DNA from: Octopus vulgaris | Taxonomy: Eukaryota | Assembly (NCBI GenBank): GCA_951406725.2 | Contig: OX597821.1 | Location: 57,908,001-57,972,000 of the forward strand | DNA length: 64,000 bases | Direction of reading: 5' to 3' | In this document: piece by piece, positions 12,445 through 25,598 of the stretch | Position numbering within the stretch: the stretch's first letter is position 1 | How the letters are laid out: each line of letters begins with the position of its first letter | Position numbers and translations under genes: made by a program | The notes under the pieces: generated by a model | The model's database searches: none | The model's input: only the letters and a program-made list of their open reading frames with translations | Told to the model about the DNA's origin: nothing

Positions 12445-12802
12445 CATTGGGGCACCGCCTTGAAGAACTCTTCGTTGAATGAATCGACCCCAGTACTTTT
12501 TTCTAAGCCTGATATTAATCATATCGGTCTCTTTTGCCGAACCACTAAGTTACGGAGGCGTAAACACAACAGTACTGGATATCAAATGGGTATAGGAAAC
12601 ATCCTCTGACACAATGGTACACACAAAGACACATACACATATACGATGATATTCTTTCAGTTTCCATCTACCAAATCCATTCACAAGACTGTGGTCGACC
12701 CGAGGGTATAGTTGAAGACACCTGCCCAATGTGCCACATAGTGGGACTGAACCCGGAACTATGTGGTTGGAAAACAAACCTCTTACCACGAAGCCACGCC
12801 TG
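12445..12802 (-). mobile_element. SINE-B, degenerate
   Basis: Reverse complement of the family B sequence. Confidence 0.85.
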
Positions 12803-13137
12803 AATAAAGTATTTACAGTATAGTATACTGGTAACAAAAATAACAAGACTAGCGATAAAACTTGAAGAAATTCTTCCTTGGTTGATTGATATACGAGTAC
12901 AGGAAGTATTTTACAGACAACTTTGGCATAAACATTTTCAGGCGGTAGATGAAAAATGCTTCAATGTAATAATGTAAAGATTCTAGTTTATTATATTTTA
13001 TTATATCGTATTTCATTACAGATCATTTCATTTCCATGGAAACCGTGAGGTCATTTTGTACATCTTTATAAATAAACTAAGGAACAATCCCTTCATTTCT
13101 TCAGACTAACCTTTTTAAATTTATTACCTATATATGG

Positions 13138-13353
13138 AAGGCAGCAATCTGGCAGAATCGTTAGCGCACTAGACGAAAGGCTTAGCGGTATTTCTCCCGT
13201 CGCTACGTTCTGAGTTCAAATTCCCCCGAGGTCGACTTTACCTTTCATCCTTTCAGGGCCTATGAATTAAGTGTCAGTGAAACACTGGGGTCGATGTAAT
13301 AGACTAGTCCCCTCCCCACTAATCTGAGGCTTTGTGCCTCCAGTAGAAAGGAT
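13138..13353 (+). mobile_element. SINE-A
   Basis: Family A head and body. Confidence 0.85.
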
Positions 13354-13359
13354 TATTCA

Positions 13360-13670
13360 ATATATATGGTTAAGGTATTTGGCTCGCCATAGTATGATTA
13401 TGGGTTCCATTTCAAGCGACAAATCTTGTGTCCTCGAGCAAGTCAGTTTGTTTCGCGTTGCTCCCGTTCACTCAACTAGCAAAATTTATACCTACAAATC
13501 AAGGGGTCATTCTAATCACATTCTGGGTCACACCGAATCACCCTGAGGACTACGTTAAGAGTACACGTGTCTGTGGAGTTCTCAGCAACTTGCACATTAA
13601 TTTCACGATCAGGCTGTTCCATTGATCGGATCGACTGAAACACTTGTCGTCGTAATCGACGAAGAGCTGG
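13360..13670 (+). mobile_element. Degenerate SINE with a family C 3' tail
   Basis: ctacgttaagagtacacgtgtctgtggagt...ttcacgatcaggctgttcc is shared with copies at 15636 and 38283. Confidence 0.7.
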
Positions 13671-13762
13671 TGTTTATTTAATTAACTTTTTTACTTACTG
13701 TGTACATTTGTTTAACGATGTTTTATCGTTTTCTTTTTAATTGGGTTAGTAAATCGACAACC

Positions 13763-14070
13763 GGAGGCGCAATGGCCCAGTAGTTAGGACAGTGAACTCG
13801 CGGTCGGGGGGTTGCGGTTTCGATTCTCAGACCGGGCGTTGTGTGTGTTTATTGAGCGAAAACACCTAAAGCTCCACGAGGCTCCGGCAGGGGTGGTGGC
13901 GACTCCTGTTGTACTCTTTCGGCCAACTTTCCCTCACTCTTTCTTCCTGTTTCTTTAGTAACACTGCGATGGACTGGCGTACCGTCCAGCTGGGGGGAAC
14001 ACATACGCCATAAAAACCGAGCCCATGAGCCTGGTTAGGCTTGAAAAGGGCGCATAAATAAAAAGAAATA
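13763..14070 (+). mobile_element. tRNA-headed SINE family C, alternative tail
   Basis: ggaggcgcaatggcccagtagttagg (A box) and ggtttcgattc (B-box-like). The tail contains gcgatggactggcgtaccgtccag. Confidence 0.85.
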
Positions 14071-15364
14071 AAAACGACAACCTGTGTTAATATATTACGT
14101 TAGGTGCAAGTCCCAACCAGCAGGTACCTCATGCACGTATGAGTATGTGCTACGTGCATGTGTGTAACCATAAGCACTTTAATTTCACATATGTGCACTT
14201 GTATATGCGTGTGTCTCTACGCGTGTGTTTATATCTACGTGTCAATGCGTCAATACGTGTATGTATGAATCTGTGCGCATGTACAGGCAAAGCTGAGTCC
14301 ATGAGCAATTGTGCGCATGTCCAAACGCATTGGTGTGTATGTACGTACCTACGCGCATATATATTTCTGTGCGCGTGTGTAGTTATAAATGTATATATAG
14401 GTATATGTGTGTTTCCGTGTGTATTTATGTATACACATGTATTTTATTACATCTATAATTTGGTATCTACTTATTTATATATCTTATGACATTGCTGATA
14501 GTATTTTTCGCACAGCCTGAAGCAATAATTCAAACCACGTACGTAACTAAATAATTATTACGTCGAGTATCCTTGTGTTTGCCACAATCTCCTCTAGTTA
14601 CTACTCAAGTTCTACAAACATTTCTTTAAATGTGCGTAAGTATCATTAAATAAATCTACATTTCCCAGGTGTATCATTATAGTTCCTTGACACCGAATAA
14701 TATAAAGACAATGTATACATGATTCGGGAACCTCCTCCTGTTAAAAATGGGCATGGATTTGCATTTGTATGCGCAGACCGGGACAAAGTTATTTTGCATA
14801 AAATTGGCAGTTGTCTTGCATACAAGCGTTCTCTTTCCACACCAGCGACATAACCCAAGAGAAGGGCAAGTATATGGCATCAGTATTATCACAGATATCG
14901 CTGTTAAAATGCAAAGAGCCGTAATACACACTGCAAGGCTTCATGTCTGACTCGTTATCATTTCTACCAATGTTCCGCTCTGAATTGATAGTTTTTATCC
15001 ACCCCGAAAGGATGTCAAGCAAAGTTGAACTTGGCCTAATTTCAACTTGGAGCAGAAAGAATTGCAACAAATGCTGCGAGGTTTTCTTTCCCGCATTCAA
15101 CTGTCTTTAAAAGATGATCTCTCATGCTATATTGGATAACACAGAACATCAACTTTTATTTACTAAATACTCTACATAATTCTACAGCAAATTAAACTAT
15201 TAAACTGATCATTGATAAATCCCGAAATAATAATCGTATTATGATAAAAGAATATCACTATATCATATAATATAAACATATATTTCATGTATATCATATT
15301 GTATGTATGTATGTATGTATGTATGTATGTATGTATGTATGTATGTATACTGCTTGGCACCAAT

Positions 15365-15512
15365 GACGTCACAATTCATTTCTACAGCTGAATGAACTGA
15401 AGCAACGTGAGATAAAGCATCTTGCCCAAGAATATAACGCACAACCCGGTGAGGAATTCGAACTCACAACCTTGCGATTGTAAGCCCGACGATCCTAATC
15501 ACTGAGCAATGT
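15365..15512 (-). mobile_element. tRNA-headed SINE family D fragment
   Basis: Minus strand has gagttcgaattcc (B box) followed by cttgggcaagatgctttatctcacgttgcttcagttcattcagctg. Confidence 0.65.
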
Positions 15513-15635
15513 GTATTTTATATATGATATATTATAAAGCATATTTTTTTCCGTAAAACAAGTACATGACAAATATATAAAAAAGTATTATGTAATATAA
15601 ACTAAGCACAAACTATTGTATATTATAAATTGTGC

Positions 15636-15955
15636 GAAGCGCAATGGCCTTGTGGTTAGGGCAGCGGACTCGTGGTCATAGGATCGCAGTTTCGATTCCC
15701 AGGTCAGGCGTAGTGAATGTTTATTGAGCGAAAATACTAAACACTCCACGAGATTCCGGCAGTGGTGGTAGCGAACCCTACTGTACTCTTTCTGTTGTAC
15801 CTGTATTTCAAAGGGTTATCCTTGTCACTCTCTGTGTCACGCTGAATCTCCCCGAGAACTACGTAAGGGGTATATGTGTCTGTGGAGTGCTCAACCCCTT
15901 GCACGTCAATTTCACGAGCTGGCTGTTCCGTTGATCGGATCAACGGAGCGCCACA
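15636..15955 (+). mobile_element. SINE-C
   Basis: Same head and tail as the copy at 38283. Confidence 0.85.
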
Positions 15956-17470
15956 GCTGCACAAGTTTATCATATAGTCGTTCTATTTAATGCACATGTC
16001 TATACTCGAAACAATTATAATCATAAAGCGATTAAACACCTATTACTTTTTATATTTACGTAGAGTTTTATATAATTAATAAGCGAAAAATCATTTAATT
16101 TATGTATTAAGAGATACATTCATTTCAATTCCAAGCACAAGCCTGATGCCGAAATAAAAACAAGACTTGGGGATGATTAATAGAACGGTTTTGGTCACGT
16201 GTGAACCCAAACGAGGATGATCCGAGGTTGAACAAGAAAAGATATAGAGAAACATGTGAAAAGCCTTGCTAACATTAGTAAGGGAAAGTAATTAATGAGA
16301 ATAAAACGATGAAGTCTTTCTCAAAGAAAATGTGTCATGCAAATATACTGTCCTGACTCACAAAATAAACGTTTCATTTGTTTACGGTGTTCGTATATAT
16401 TATTACAATAGATTCAAAATAGCAATTTTCCTTTTTATCAAAACTCAGTTTCGAGATATGAAATTGTCTTGGCTTGTAAAGCTAAGCATACGAATGGAAT
16501 TTAATGAATCAAGCAATGAAACAAAGATTCTATGCTGGTTTTCGTATCGATTTTGTAAGAATACCAATTGAATTTTATCTTCTTTCCAAGGAGTTTCCTT
16601 AATTATATACCATATGATGTCGATAATTGAAGTGGGCGAGTGATAAAATAAAAACATAAAAGAAATAACCAATCGAATATACGTGTAGAGGCAAAACAGT
16701 CCAGCTGGTATGTGTAACTAGATTAAAGTGGTCAGACGAAATACGGAGCAGATGTACCGAACATATCTGTTGCCTCGATGTTTGTTAAACAAAATAATTT
16801 TCAACAAAAGACAGCGTATATATATATTTCTAATTCCTTGTTATATGGATCTCAAAAGAAGACATATGATGCGTTTAGGAAACGCCTCGGAGACAATTTG
16901 ATAAAGTAATTATTTGATAAGCTTTTTTTTTTCTTTGGAAGCTCGTCGTCGTCATCGTCGTAGACCGCGACATCAGCACAAATATATAATACTTATTATT
17001 TTCCGCCTGCTCCTCTTCCTCATCTTCTATCTCATTCTCTCCCGCTTTCTATTTCTTCTTCTCTTCCTCCTCATCATCATCAGCACAGCACCGATCACCA
17101 ATTCCATTCCACCACGTAGCACCACCGCCATCATCATCACCATTATCATCACCATCGTCGTCGTCGTCGTCATCGTCATCATCATCATATTTACCTCATT
17201 TCGCAATTATTGGTCAGTCTTTATTCAATATGTCTCAGGTGTCTAAATTATTACTAATTTGTGTTTAATTGGAAATTGTTCTAAAGTTCTGATATTTGTG
17301 AATGTAAAGCTGTGTATGTATATGAGTGCGTTTGTTGTTGCCGCTTGTGACTGTTACTATTGGTGTTGTTGTTGTTTCTCTTTGTCTTCTTTTACTTCTT
17401 GGTTTTCCTCTACTCCTTCATAATGAAATGAGAAGTAATTAACCTTTTGAGCCCGTAACACAGGTCTCTA

Positions 17471-17536
17471 TACCGTAGCACCGCTCTGTACCGTAGCACC
17501 GCTCTGTACCGTAGCACCGCTCTGTACCGTAGCACC
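17471..17536. repeat. 18-bp minisatellite (taccgtagcaccgctctg) x ~3.6
   Basis: Perfect tandem copies. Confidence 0.9.
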
Positions 17537-17717
17537 AGTGGAGTGCCAGGTATATCGTAAAATAAGGTTCAGCAAGAAATCGTTGAATGAGAAGTCGTTA
17601 ATAAAGGAGTCGTTAATTAAGGACATGTCAAATGAGTATTTGTTAAATATGTCAGATGAGTGGATTTTGGTCGACAGAAACTACAGAAGTTCCGTGTAAT
17701 GTGTGCGTATATATACA

Positions 17718-17925
17718 CTCTTTTATTCTTTTATTTCTTCCACTCATTTCACTGTGGCCATGCTGGAGCACCGCCTTCAGTCGAACAAATCAACCCAAGG
17801 ACTTATTATATGGGTCTTTTTTGCCGAATCGCTAAGTTACGGGAACGTAAACACACCAACGTCGGTTGTCAAGCGATGGTGGGGGGGACAAACACATACA
17901 CGCACGCACACACATACACACACAC

Positions 17926-17997
<72 letters not shown>

Positions 17998-18151
17998 GAC
18001 GCACTTCTTTCGGTTTCCATCTACCAAATCCGCTTACAAGGCTTTGGTCGGCCCGAGGCTATGGTAGAAGACACTTGCCCGAGGCGCTACGCAGTGGGAC
18101 GGAACCCGGAATCATGTAGCTGGTAAACAAGCTATTTACCACACAGCCACT
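17718..18151 (-). mobile_element. SINE-B with internal (CA)/(TA)n
   Basis: Reverse complement of family B. Confidence 0.9.
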
Positions 18152-18210
18152 ATACATAAGTGTCGAACAATGAGAATTAGTGTTCAACGGCGCATTGGTG
18201 GATAAAGATT

Positions 18211-18493
<283 letters not shown>

Positions 18494-18770
18494 AGGACAT
18501 ACAAACATGTCAGTATTACTCATCTCTGAAAATTGATGAACTGCTTTTTAGTCAATGAGGATCTAATCAGAGGTTCCTACCTCACTTGACCAATCCCGGA
18601 GAAACCTGTAGCCTAGTGACTTCAGAGAACTCGAGCTAGTGGTTTCCATACCATTAGTGTTTAACACTTTTGCACTTTATTTAATACGTATGTATGTATG
18701 TATGTATGTATGTATGTATGTATGTATGTATGTATGTATGCATGCATCATTGCATGTATGTATGTATATA

Positions 18771-18899
18771 TGTCATTATTCAGTTTATTTCTTGCCAATA
18801 AAGAACCGGTTTCTAACCTAGATCCAAGGTTCCTTCATTGGAATTTCAACATCAACAACAGGGTATGTATGTATGTATGTATGTATGTATGTATGTATG

Positions 18900-18964
<65 letters not shown>

Positions 18965-19265
18965 GTCTATCTATCTATGTCATTATTCAGTCTATATCAA
19001 GATTTCTTGCCAATAAAGAACCGGTTTGTAACCTAGGTCTAAGGCTCTTTCATTGGAATTTCAACATAAACAAGAGGGTATTTTTGTTTGTTTGTTTGTG
19101 TATGTGTGTGTATGTATATATGCATGTATGTACGTATGTATGTATTTATGTATGTGCAGATTTGTATGTTTTATGTATGTATTCACATGCATATAGTTGC
19201 ATATCTAGACATGCTCATATATATTTAAATGATAAACTTCTGGAAAGTTTTACATATTTTTTTAC
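18771..19265 (-). mobile_element. Two tandem 5'-truncated 3' ends of the R4/Dong-like LINE within (TATG)n/(TATC)n
   Basis: 18771-18863 and 18978-19265 are reverse complements of the 8930-9206 segment. Confidence 0.85.
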
Positions 19266-19387
19266 ACTACTGGTAAACAGAAACTTCGAAGTCAGTGCCA
19301 ACCTTTTCCTTATGAAAATTAATAATCACATACCCAGCTAAAACGTATTAAATGATCTTTCAGTTTAATGATAAATTGTTTATATAT

Positions 19388-19615
19388 ATTTCTTTACTAC
19401 CCACAAGGGGCTAAACACAGAGGAGACAAACAAGGACAGACAAAGGGATTAAGTCGATTACATCGACCCCAGTGCGTAACTGGTACTTAATTTATCGACC
19501 CCGGAAGGATGAAAGGCAAAGTCGACCTCGGCGGAATTTGAACTCGGAATGTAACGGCAGACGAAATACGGCAACGCATTTCGCCCGGCGTGCTAACGTT
19601 TCTGCCAGCTCGCCT
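19388..19615 (-). mobile_element. SINE-A, alternative tail
   Basis: Near-consensus family A copy. Confidence 0.9.
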
Positions 19616-19919
19616 GAATAAGTGGAAATCTGGTGAATATGGAGGGTGGGGTAACACTTCCCAGCCGAGTTGCAGCAATTTTTGTCTGGTTCCCAAAGCA
19701 TCAAATGCCGAAAATGAACTTTCGTGTCTTCCATTTTAAAGGGTTACAGAATTAACACAGATTATAGGAACATAAACCTTCTTCCACGAAAAGATAGCTT
19801 AAACTGTGTTCTAAATGGAGGTGTAGTCAAATCCTGTTTCATGGACTCAACCGTGTTCTAAAATAAGTCGAAAGGTAAGCTACTATAAATCGGCACGAAC
19901 TTTCCGGACAAATCAATAT
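19616..19919 (-). mobile_element. Internally deleted mariner remnant
   Basis: Peptides MEDTKVHFRHLMLW and LLQLGWEVLPHPPYSPDFHLF, plus a TIR-like tattgatttgtccggaaagttcgtgccgattt on the minus strand. Confidence 0.85.
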
Positions 19920-20418
19920 TATCCTCGGTAGTTTACTTAATATATTTCCTTGAAATATTAATTTTCTTAATATATTCTCTAAACTATACATATTTTGATG
20001 TTATACAACCAGCATTGTTAATAGTTTATTTGAACAAAACCATTTTTACACACACACACATATCTAATATAATGCCTCGGTGTGAATCACTAAGTTAAAG
20101 TAACTTAGTTGCCTATATCTCCTCTCAAACACGTACTTACAAATATTTTGTTCATCGTAATGTTTTATCTTTTATTTCTTTTTTGGAGGGGTAGGAAGTA
20201 TTTCAGTTCTAATGTGTTTTATGAGATATCTCATAAGTATTTCATGTCTGTTAGATATTTTATCATATATATTCGCTCTTCTTTTCTGTTATTCGTGTTG
20301 CTCTTATTATTTTTTATCGCTAAGTCATCCTTGACCGAACAGATCTACGACCGAAAATGTTGTCATGATTTATTTACATAGGATAATATGGTTTGAGTGA
20401 GATTTAGAGGCTGTTTCT

Positions 20419-20835
20419 TATTTCTTTACTGCCAACAAGGGACAACACACACAAGGGACAAACAAGGAAAGACAAACGGATTGAGTCGATCATATCGACC
20501 CCAGTGTGTAACTGGTACTTATTTAATCGATCCCGAAAGTATAAAAGGCAAAGTCGACCTCGGCGGAATTTGAACTCAGAACGTAGCGGCAGGCGAAATA
20601 CCTATTCCTTTACTACCCACAAGGGGCTAAACACAGAGAGGACAAACAAGGACAGACAAACGGATTGAGTCGATCATATCGACCCCAGTGCGTAACTGGT
20701 ACTTATTTAATCGATCCCGAAATGATGAAAGGCAAAGTCGACCTTGGCGGAAATTGAACTCAGAACGTAACGGCAGGCGAAATACCGCTAAGCATTTCGT
20801 CCGCCGTGCTAACGTTTCTGCCAGCTCGCCGCCTT
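20419..20835 (-). mobile_element. Dimeric SINE-A flanked by one ~18-bp TSD
   Basis: TSD gatttag(a/c)ggctgtttct at 20401-20418 and 20839-20856; internal junction at gaaatac (~20601). Confidence 0.9.
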
Positions 20836-21325
20836 AGCGATTTAGCGGCTGTTTCTAGGTCTCACTCGTTGGCTCAATTGTCTGGTGTACTATTAATCTT
20901 CTCAGAGAGATTATTCTTTCATGAGTTATAAAGTAGCTTTTATCTTTTTTAAAAATCGAAATTTATTGCTCTAAAAGAATATATTTTAAAACCAACTACA
21001 GTGGATAATACACCTGCTAACATAATGTTTTAGAGCGTGTCAGCCTTAGGTGATGTAAAACGAATTTCGTTAATTACTTTCGTATTTTTCTATGCACAGT
21101 TTCGAATTTTGTTTATAAATTTTCCTGAGATATTAACTTGCTTTTTAAGCAGGTGGACTTATTCTTTACGAAGTGTACAATTTTATTTCATATTTATCTA
21201 GTTTCTTTGCTGTCTGAAAACTTGCAGAAACGCCTGATTTTGGTTATTTTATTGTTAAACTGATTAAATTTTCTGTCTTTATAAACCTGAATATTCTGCT
21301 ACAGCAAAGAAATGTATGGAAGCCC

Positions 21326-21380
<55 letters not shown>

Positions 21381-21383
<3 letters not shown>

Positions 21384-22050
21384 GGAGTAAACACATAAAT
21401 GTGAAACAAGGTGGAAAAAAGAGTACTCAAATACCAGTGGTAGAGTAATATGTTTTATTTAAAGCAGTAGAAAATTCAACAAAATCTGTTACTCTGAGTT
21501 TCTCGTTGCCGTTCATCAGACGGTTTTTGCTAGAATGGAACCGATATATCAATTCAATATGTGGTTTTTGAACACACTGAAAAGCTGTCAATGGATATAC
21601 TCTCCTTTGCGGTAGTCGGCGCTGCGTCTAACACAACCCATTGTATGGTTGACAGTCGAATGAATGTAGGTGTAATGGAGATATTGTAAGTAAATGGGTA
21701 CATTCCGGAAATGGGCTGCAATGGGAGACAGCAACGAGGAAGTGTACAGTTGAAATGTTGCTGCAGGCGAAGGCTTGACATCGGATTGCTGGTGTGGTTG
21801 TAGAATAAGAAACATAAACTGAACCTATGCAGCCACATGTGAATATGTAGTAATGAATTGCTTGAAAAAATAGGGTGTAGTGGCTTACCACGTGGTTGGT
21901 GGGAGTAATTGGAGAATATATTTTGATAGTGAAGTCCATGCAGGAAACTGCTTTGTTGGTGCAGTTCTTCAGGCTAGTTGGTATTATGCTGAAATAGTAT
22001 CTATTTTCACCATTCACAAATGGCAGTGGATACTGGAACACATCGTAGGA
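21381..22050 (-). mobile_element. Decayed Penelope-like (Neptune-type) 3' end inserted at (TA)n
   Basis: Remnant peptides HYYIFT..SVYVSYSTT and TIQWVVLDAAP/YRKGE resemble the PLE linker and GIY-YIG C-terminus. They are followed by a hammerhead motif and a tail running into (TA)n. Confidence 0.6.
21482..21526 (-). ncRNA. Minimal hammerhead motif, partly decayed
   Basis: aaaccgt-CTGATGA-acg(gcaa)cga-GAAA-ctcagag-TA-acagattt. Confidence 0.7.
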
Positions 22051-22061
22051 TGTAATAATTC

Positions 22062-22715
22062 CTACAAAACCTCTTGATAAACAATATTCTTTGTTTTCCT
22101 CTGTGGAACAAATGTAAATAGAGTTTTTTGGCTTCCCACTCTACTGCAACCAACATTTGGGTAGCTCGTGTGAGAGGCATGACTCTTCCGAGTGAAGTTC
22201 TACCACATACAGTATTTGAACCTGAGATTTATTGATAGACATTGCTAAGCTGATACGAATAGGAAGTTTGCACTCTTCTGAATGAAAAAGGAATTTCTTC
22301 TCCCAGTGGAATAAGAGGGATTCTGAGTATGAAAACATCCTCTCCTTTTCCACATCCGGAGAGAATGGTGTCCTCAATACGATGTGGCATAATCTTCTTT
22401 ACCACCAGGCGTGTCCAATTGCAGAGTGTTGGTGGATCCAAATTCTTCAATAACATTACTAGAGTTCCCATCTAAAGTTCCAATTTGTGGTTAGGTAATC
22501 CTGGAGGCTCCAATGAATTCGTTTGGATAATTTACCACCTCTTCTGGATCTGGGATTGTATCAACTGACTTATAGATGTGAAGACTTCTACGAAGGTACT
22601 GCGGCAGCTACTCATGAATTTTTCTTACTGTGCTGTTTCTTTTTTTTTTCTTATTTTTTGGAGCCTGTGTTGCTCTTTCACACAGCCAATTGAGATTGTG
22701 ATAATTTTGTGACTA
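22062..22715 (-). pseudogene. Helitron RepHel PIF1-type helicase C-terminal remnant
   Basis: Frameshifted WLCERA.APK, YKSVDTIPD, VMLLKNLDPPTLCNWTRL, GEDVFILRIPLIP, AMSINKSQ and TKNIVYQEVL*. Confidence 0.9.
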
Positions 22716-22994
22716 ATGGATATAAGGGATACAATCAATTTCTGAAAGTTACCTTATCTACGTAACCCAGCAATGGGTGTTTTCTGATCCCAGAGGGCCC
22801 GTTACTCATTATGTGAAAAATTTAAGAGTCTAAAACCATCTCTGGAACGTAAGTAATGTATGTTCCCAGGTTGGAGAAAAGCAGCTGTGAACTTCAGCAG
22901 TTATGCGTGTTTACATACACACAGCCTCAGTTTTATGCATGTATGTATATATATATATGCGTGTGTGTGTGTGTGTGTGTGTGTATAGTAAATC

Positions 22995-23255
22995 CAAAAC
23001 AGGGCGAAGAACCAATACAAAAAACAACAACGTGAGGGCGTGGTACATGTAAAGTATTAACAGTTCATGGAAGCAAAGAAAGATGGTAACCACACGTGAA
23101 TTGTTGGCGAATTTTTTTTCCTCCGTCTTCCTTTTCCATTGGACTTGCCTCTGTTTCTAAAGAAGAATTTGCTCGAAACGTTAAACCATCTGTCTTTCCT
23201 TCCATGTACCACGTCCTCAGGTTGTTGTCTTTTCTGTGTTTGTTCTGCGTTTTGG
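22995..23255. mobile_element. PLE pLTR-type segment with an inverted partial copy and a decayed hammerhead (23151-23187)
   Basis: gtttctaaagaagaatttgctcgaaacgttaaac resembles the 55840 motif. 22995-23090 is an inverted copy of 23184-23255. Confidence 0.65.
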
Positions 23256-23408
23256 GGGGATTTACTATTTACCGCACACTAACCCCCCCCCCCCACTCCG
23301 ACCTTCTAACTGACTTTGGAGTACCTAATTCGCGGAATCCTTTCCACCATCGGATTATATTACCTTGTTCATTCGGAATATGCCATTTCTGCACCTTGAT
23401 TGTGAATC

Positions 23409-23442
<34 letters not shown>

Positions 23443-23443
<1 letters not shown>

Positions 23444-23837
23444 TAGCAGTATCACCCGGCGTTGCTCGGGTTTGTAAGGGAAATAACTATATAAGCATTT
23501 TTAGAGATGTAAAGTATAATAGCCATTTCAATATGGCTAACCACAAAGGGGGGTGTTACTGTAGCTTTTTACGTTCTGAGATTTAATAATACATTTTTAG
23601 AGAGTTACTTCCCTTATATAAACCGAGCGAAAATGCATTAAAAATACAGAAAAATTATGGTAAATTTTTTTTAAATCGTAGACTAATCGTAGACGCGCGC
23701 TAATACCCAGAAGGGCTCGATATGAATCACGACTATAAGATACCCGGTTTTGGTTAAACTGCACCGCAAAATGTGGGAGTAGTTAGAAATCTAAATCATA
23801 GGAGACAGACACACAACTTGACTTTTATATATAAAGA
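23443..23837 (-). mobile_element. Non-autonomous Helitron
   Basis: 5' TC, 3' hairpin cccgagcaacgccggg followed by CTAG, inserted at A^T. Near-identical to 51100-51496. Confidence 0.9.
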
Positions 23838-23959
23838 TATACATGTATATATACATATATATATATATGCATACATATATATATACACATATATATATAC
23901 ATATATACACATATATACATACACATATATACATACATATATATAATATATATACACAT

Positions 23960-24027
<68 letters not shown>

Positions 24028-24115
24028 TATATATATAAACTGACGAACGGGTTATCTGGTACTTGACATACGAAATTTAACATAATAGCAACGTTATATA
24101 TATACCACCGCAAAC

Positions 24116-24212
<97 letters not shown>

Positions 24213-24544
24213 CCTACTGATTTGTTTCAATTACCGTGTACCAAATTCACTCCCTATGCAATGATCAACGTCGGATCTATACTAGAAGAAAATCAATATG
24301 GCACCGAGTTGCACCGAACCCAAAACCACGTAGTTGCCAAGCGAGCTTCTTAACCACATAACTATATGATTATTTCGGGTTTTATGTGCTGCAAGAAAAC
24401 CTGAATTTCAGATCACTTTTGTTTTTGCCAGCAAGTTACGACCACTTCGCTCTCAAGTGTATCCATGCATCATCAATTGAAACAAATTTCCGCGGCCGGC
24501 CTCTTTTCTTTGGTTTCTCGCTATGTTCATCTTTACAAAGCTTA

Positions 24545-24830
24545 TACTCTTACTCTTTACGCTTTTACTTGTTTCAGTCATTTGACTGCGGCCATGCTGG
24601 AGCACCGCCTTTAGTCGAGCAAATCGACCCCGGGACTTATTCTTTGTAAGCCCAGTACTTATTCTATCGGTCTCTTTTGCCGAACCGCGGGGACGTAAAC
24701 ACACCAGCATCGGTTGTCAAGCAATGCTAGGAGGATAAACAGAGACACACAAACATATGCACACACATACTTATAAACATATATATACATATATACGACA
24801 GGCTTCTTTCAGTTTCCGTCTACCAAATCC
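24545..24830 (-). mobile_element. SINE-B, 5'-truncated
   Basis: Reverse complement of the family B 3' half. Confidence 0.9.
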
Positions 24831-25519
24831 ATATATGCATCACTTTATGTATCTATTATTACTTAAATTAAATGCATAATATTCTCTTATCATACTGAAA
24901 CATTCAATTTTCATTCCATCGCTTATATTCCACAGACTTTTGATTGAGTAGGTTTCATAACTATTGGATTCAAAATTAATTTTTAAATTAATTGATTATT
25001 TGAAAGATATTTCTTTCTGTTTTCCTCCCGTTTTCTTTCTTTCTCCTTTTCTTCCTTTCTTCCTTCCTTTCTTTCTTTTAAGTCTACTTTCAAATCGGAT
25101 TGTATGTCGTAGTATAGGATTAGGTTTTTTTTTCCTTAATGCATTTCAATTAATTATTTGGTTAATCTTGCTATTAATTTTCATTTCATAAACTAATAAT
25201 TCTTGTTGCATGATATCATTAATTTTTCTTCCTCTTAAACAACTTTTATTATTACGTTTATTCTAATTAATATTGTCGCTGGAGACAACTGTGTTAATTA
25301 TACTTAAAACTTTTAATAATACTTAGCTTAATTTTCTGTTTCTTTTACTTATATTACTTCATTTATCTTCCAATTTTTTCCTCTTGTACAAATCACTAAC
25401 AGAAACACCGTCCTCTGAAGTCGCTAAATAATATTTACATTTTTGATTCTTAATTTCTGTAATTCGTGCTCATGTAATTGTATAACTTATTTACTCTTCA
25501 TTGCTTTTCCGTTATATAA

Positions 25520-25594
<75 letters not shown>

Positions 25595-25598
<4 letters not shown>

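Noticed and set aside
13763-13835. tRNA gene
   Set aside because: It is the tRNA-like head of a repeated SINE, with no full cloverleaf or terminator.
17471-17536. CRISPR-like repeats (also 40363-40635 and 46915-47240)
   Set aside because: Contiguous tandem repeats without unique spacers, in a eukaryotic context.
24037-24090. CTGACGA...GAAA hammerhead candidate
   Set aside because: No credible stem I or II.
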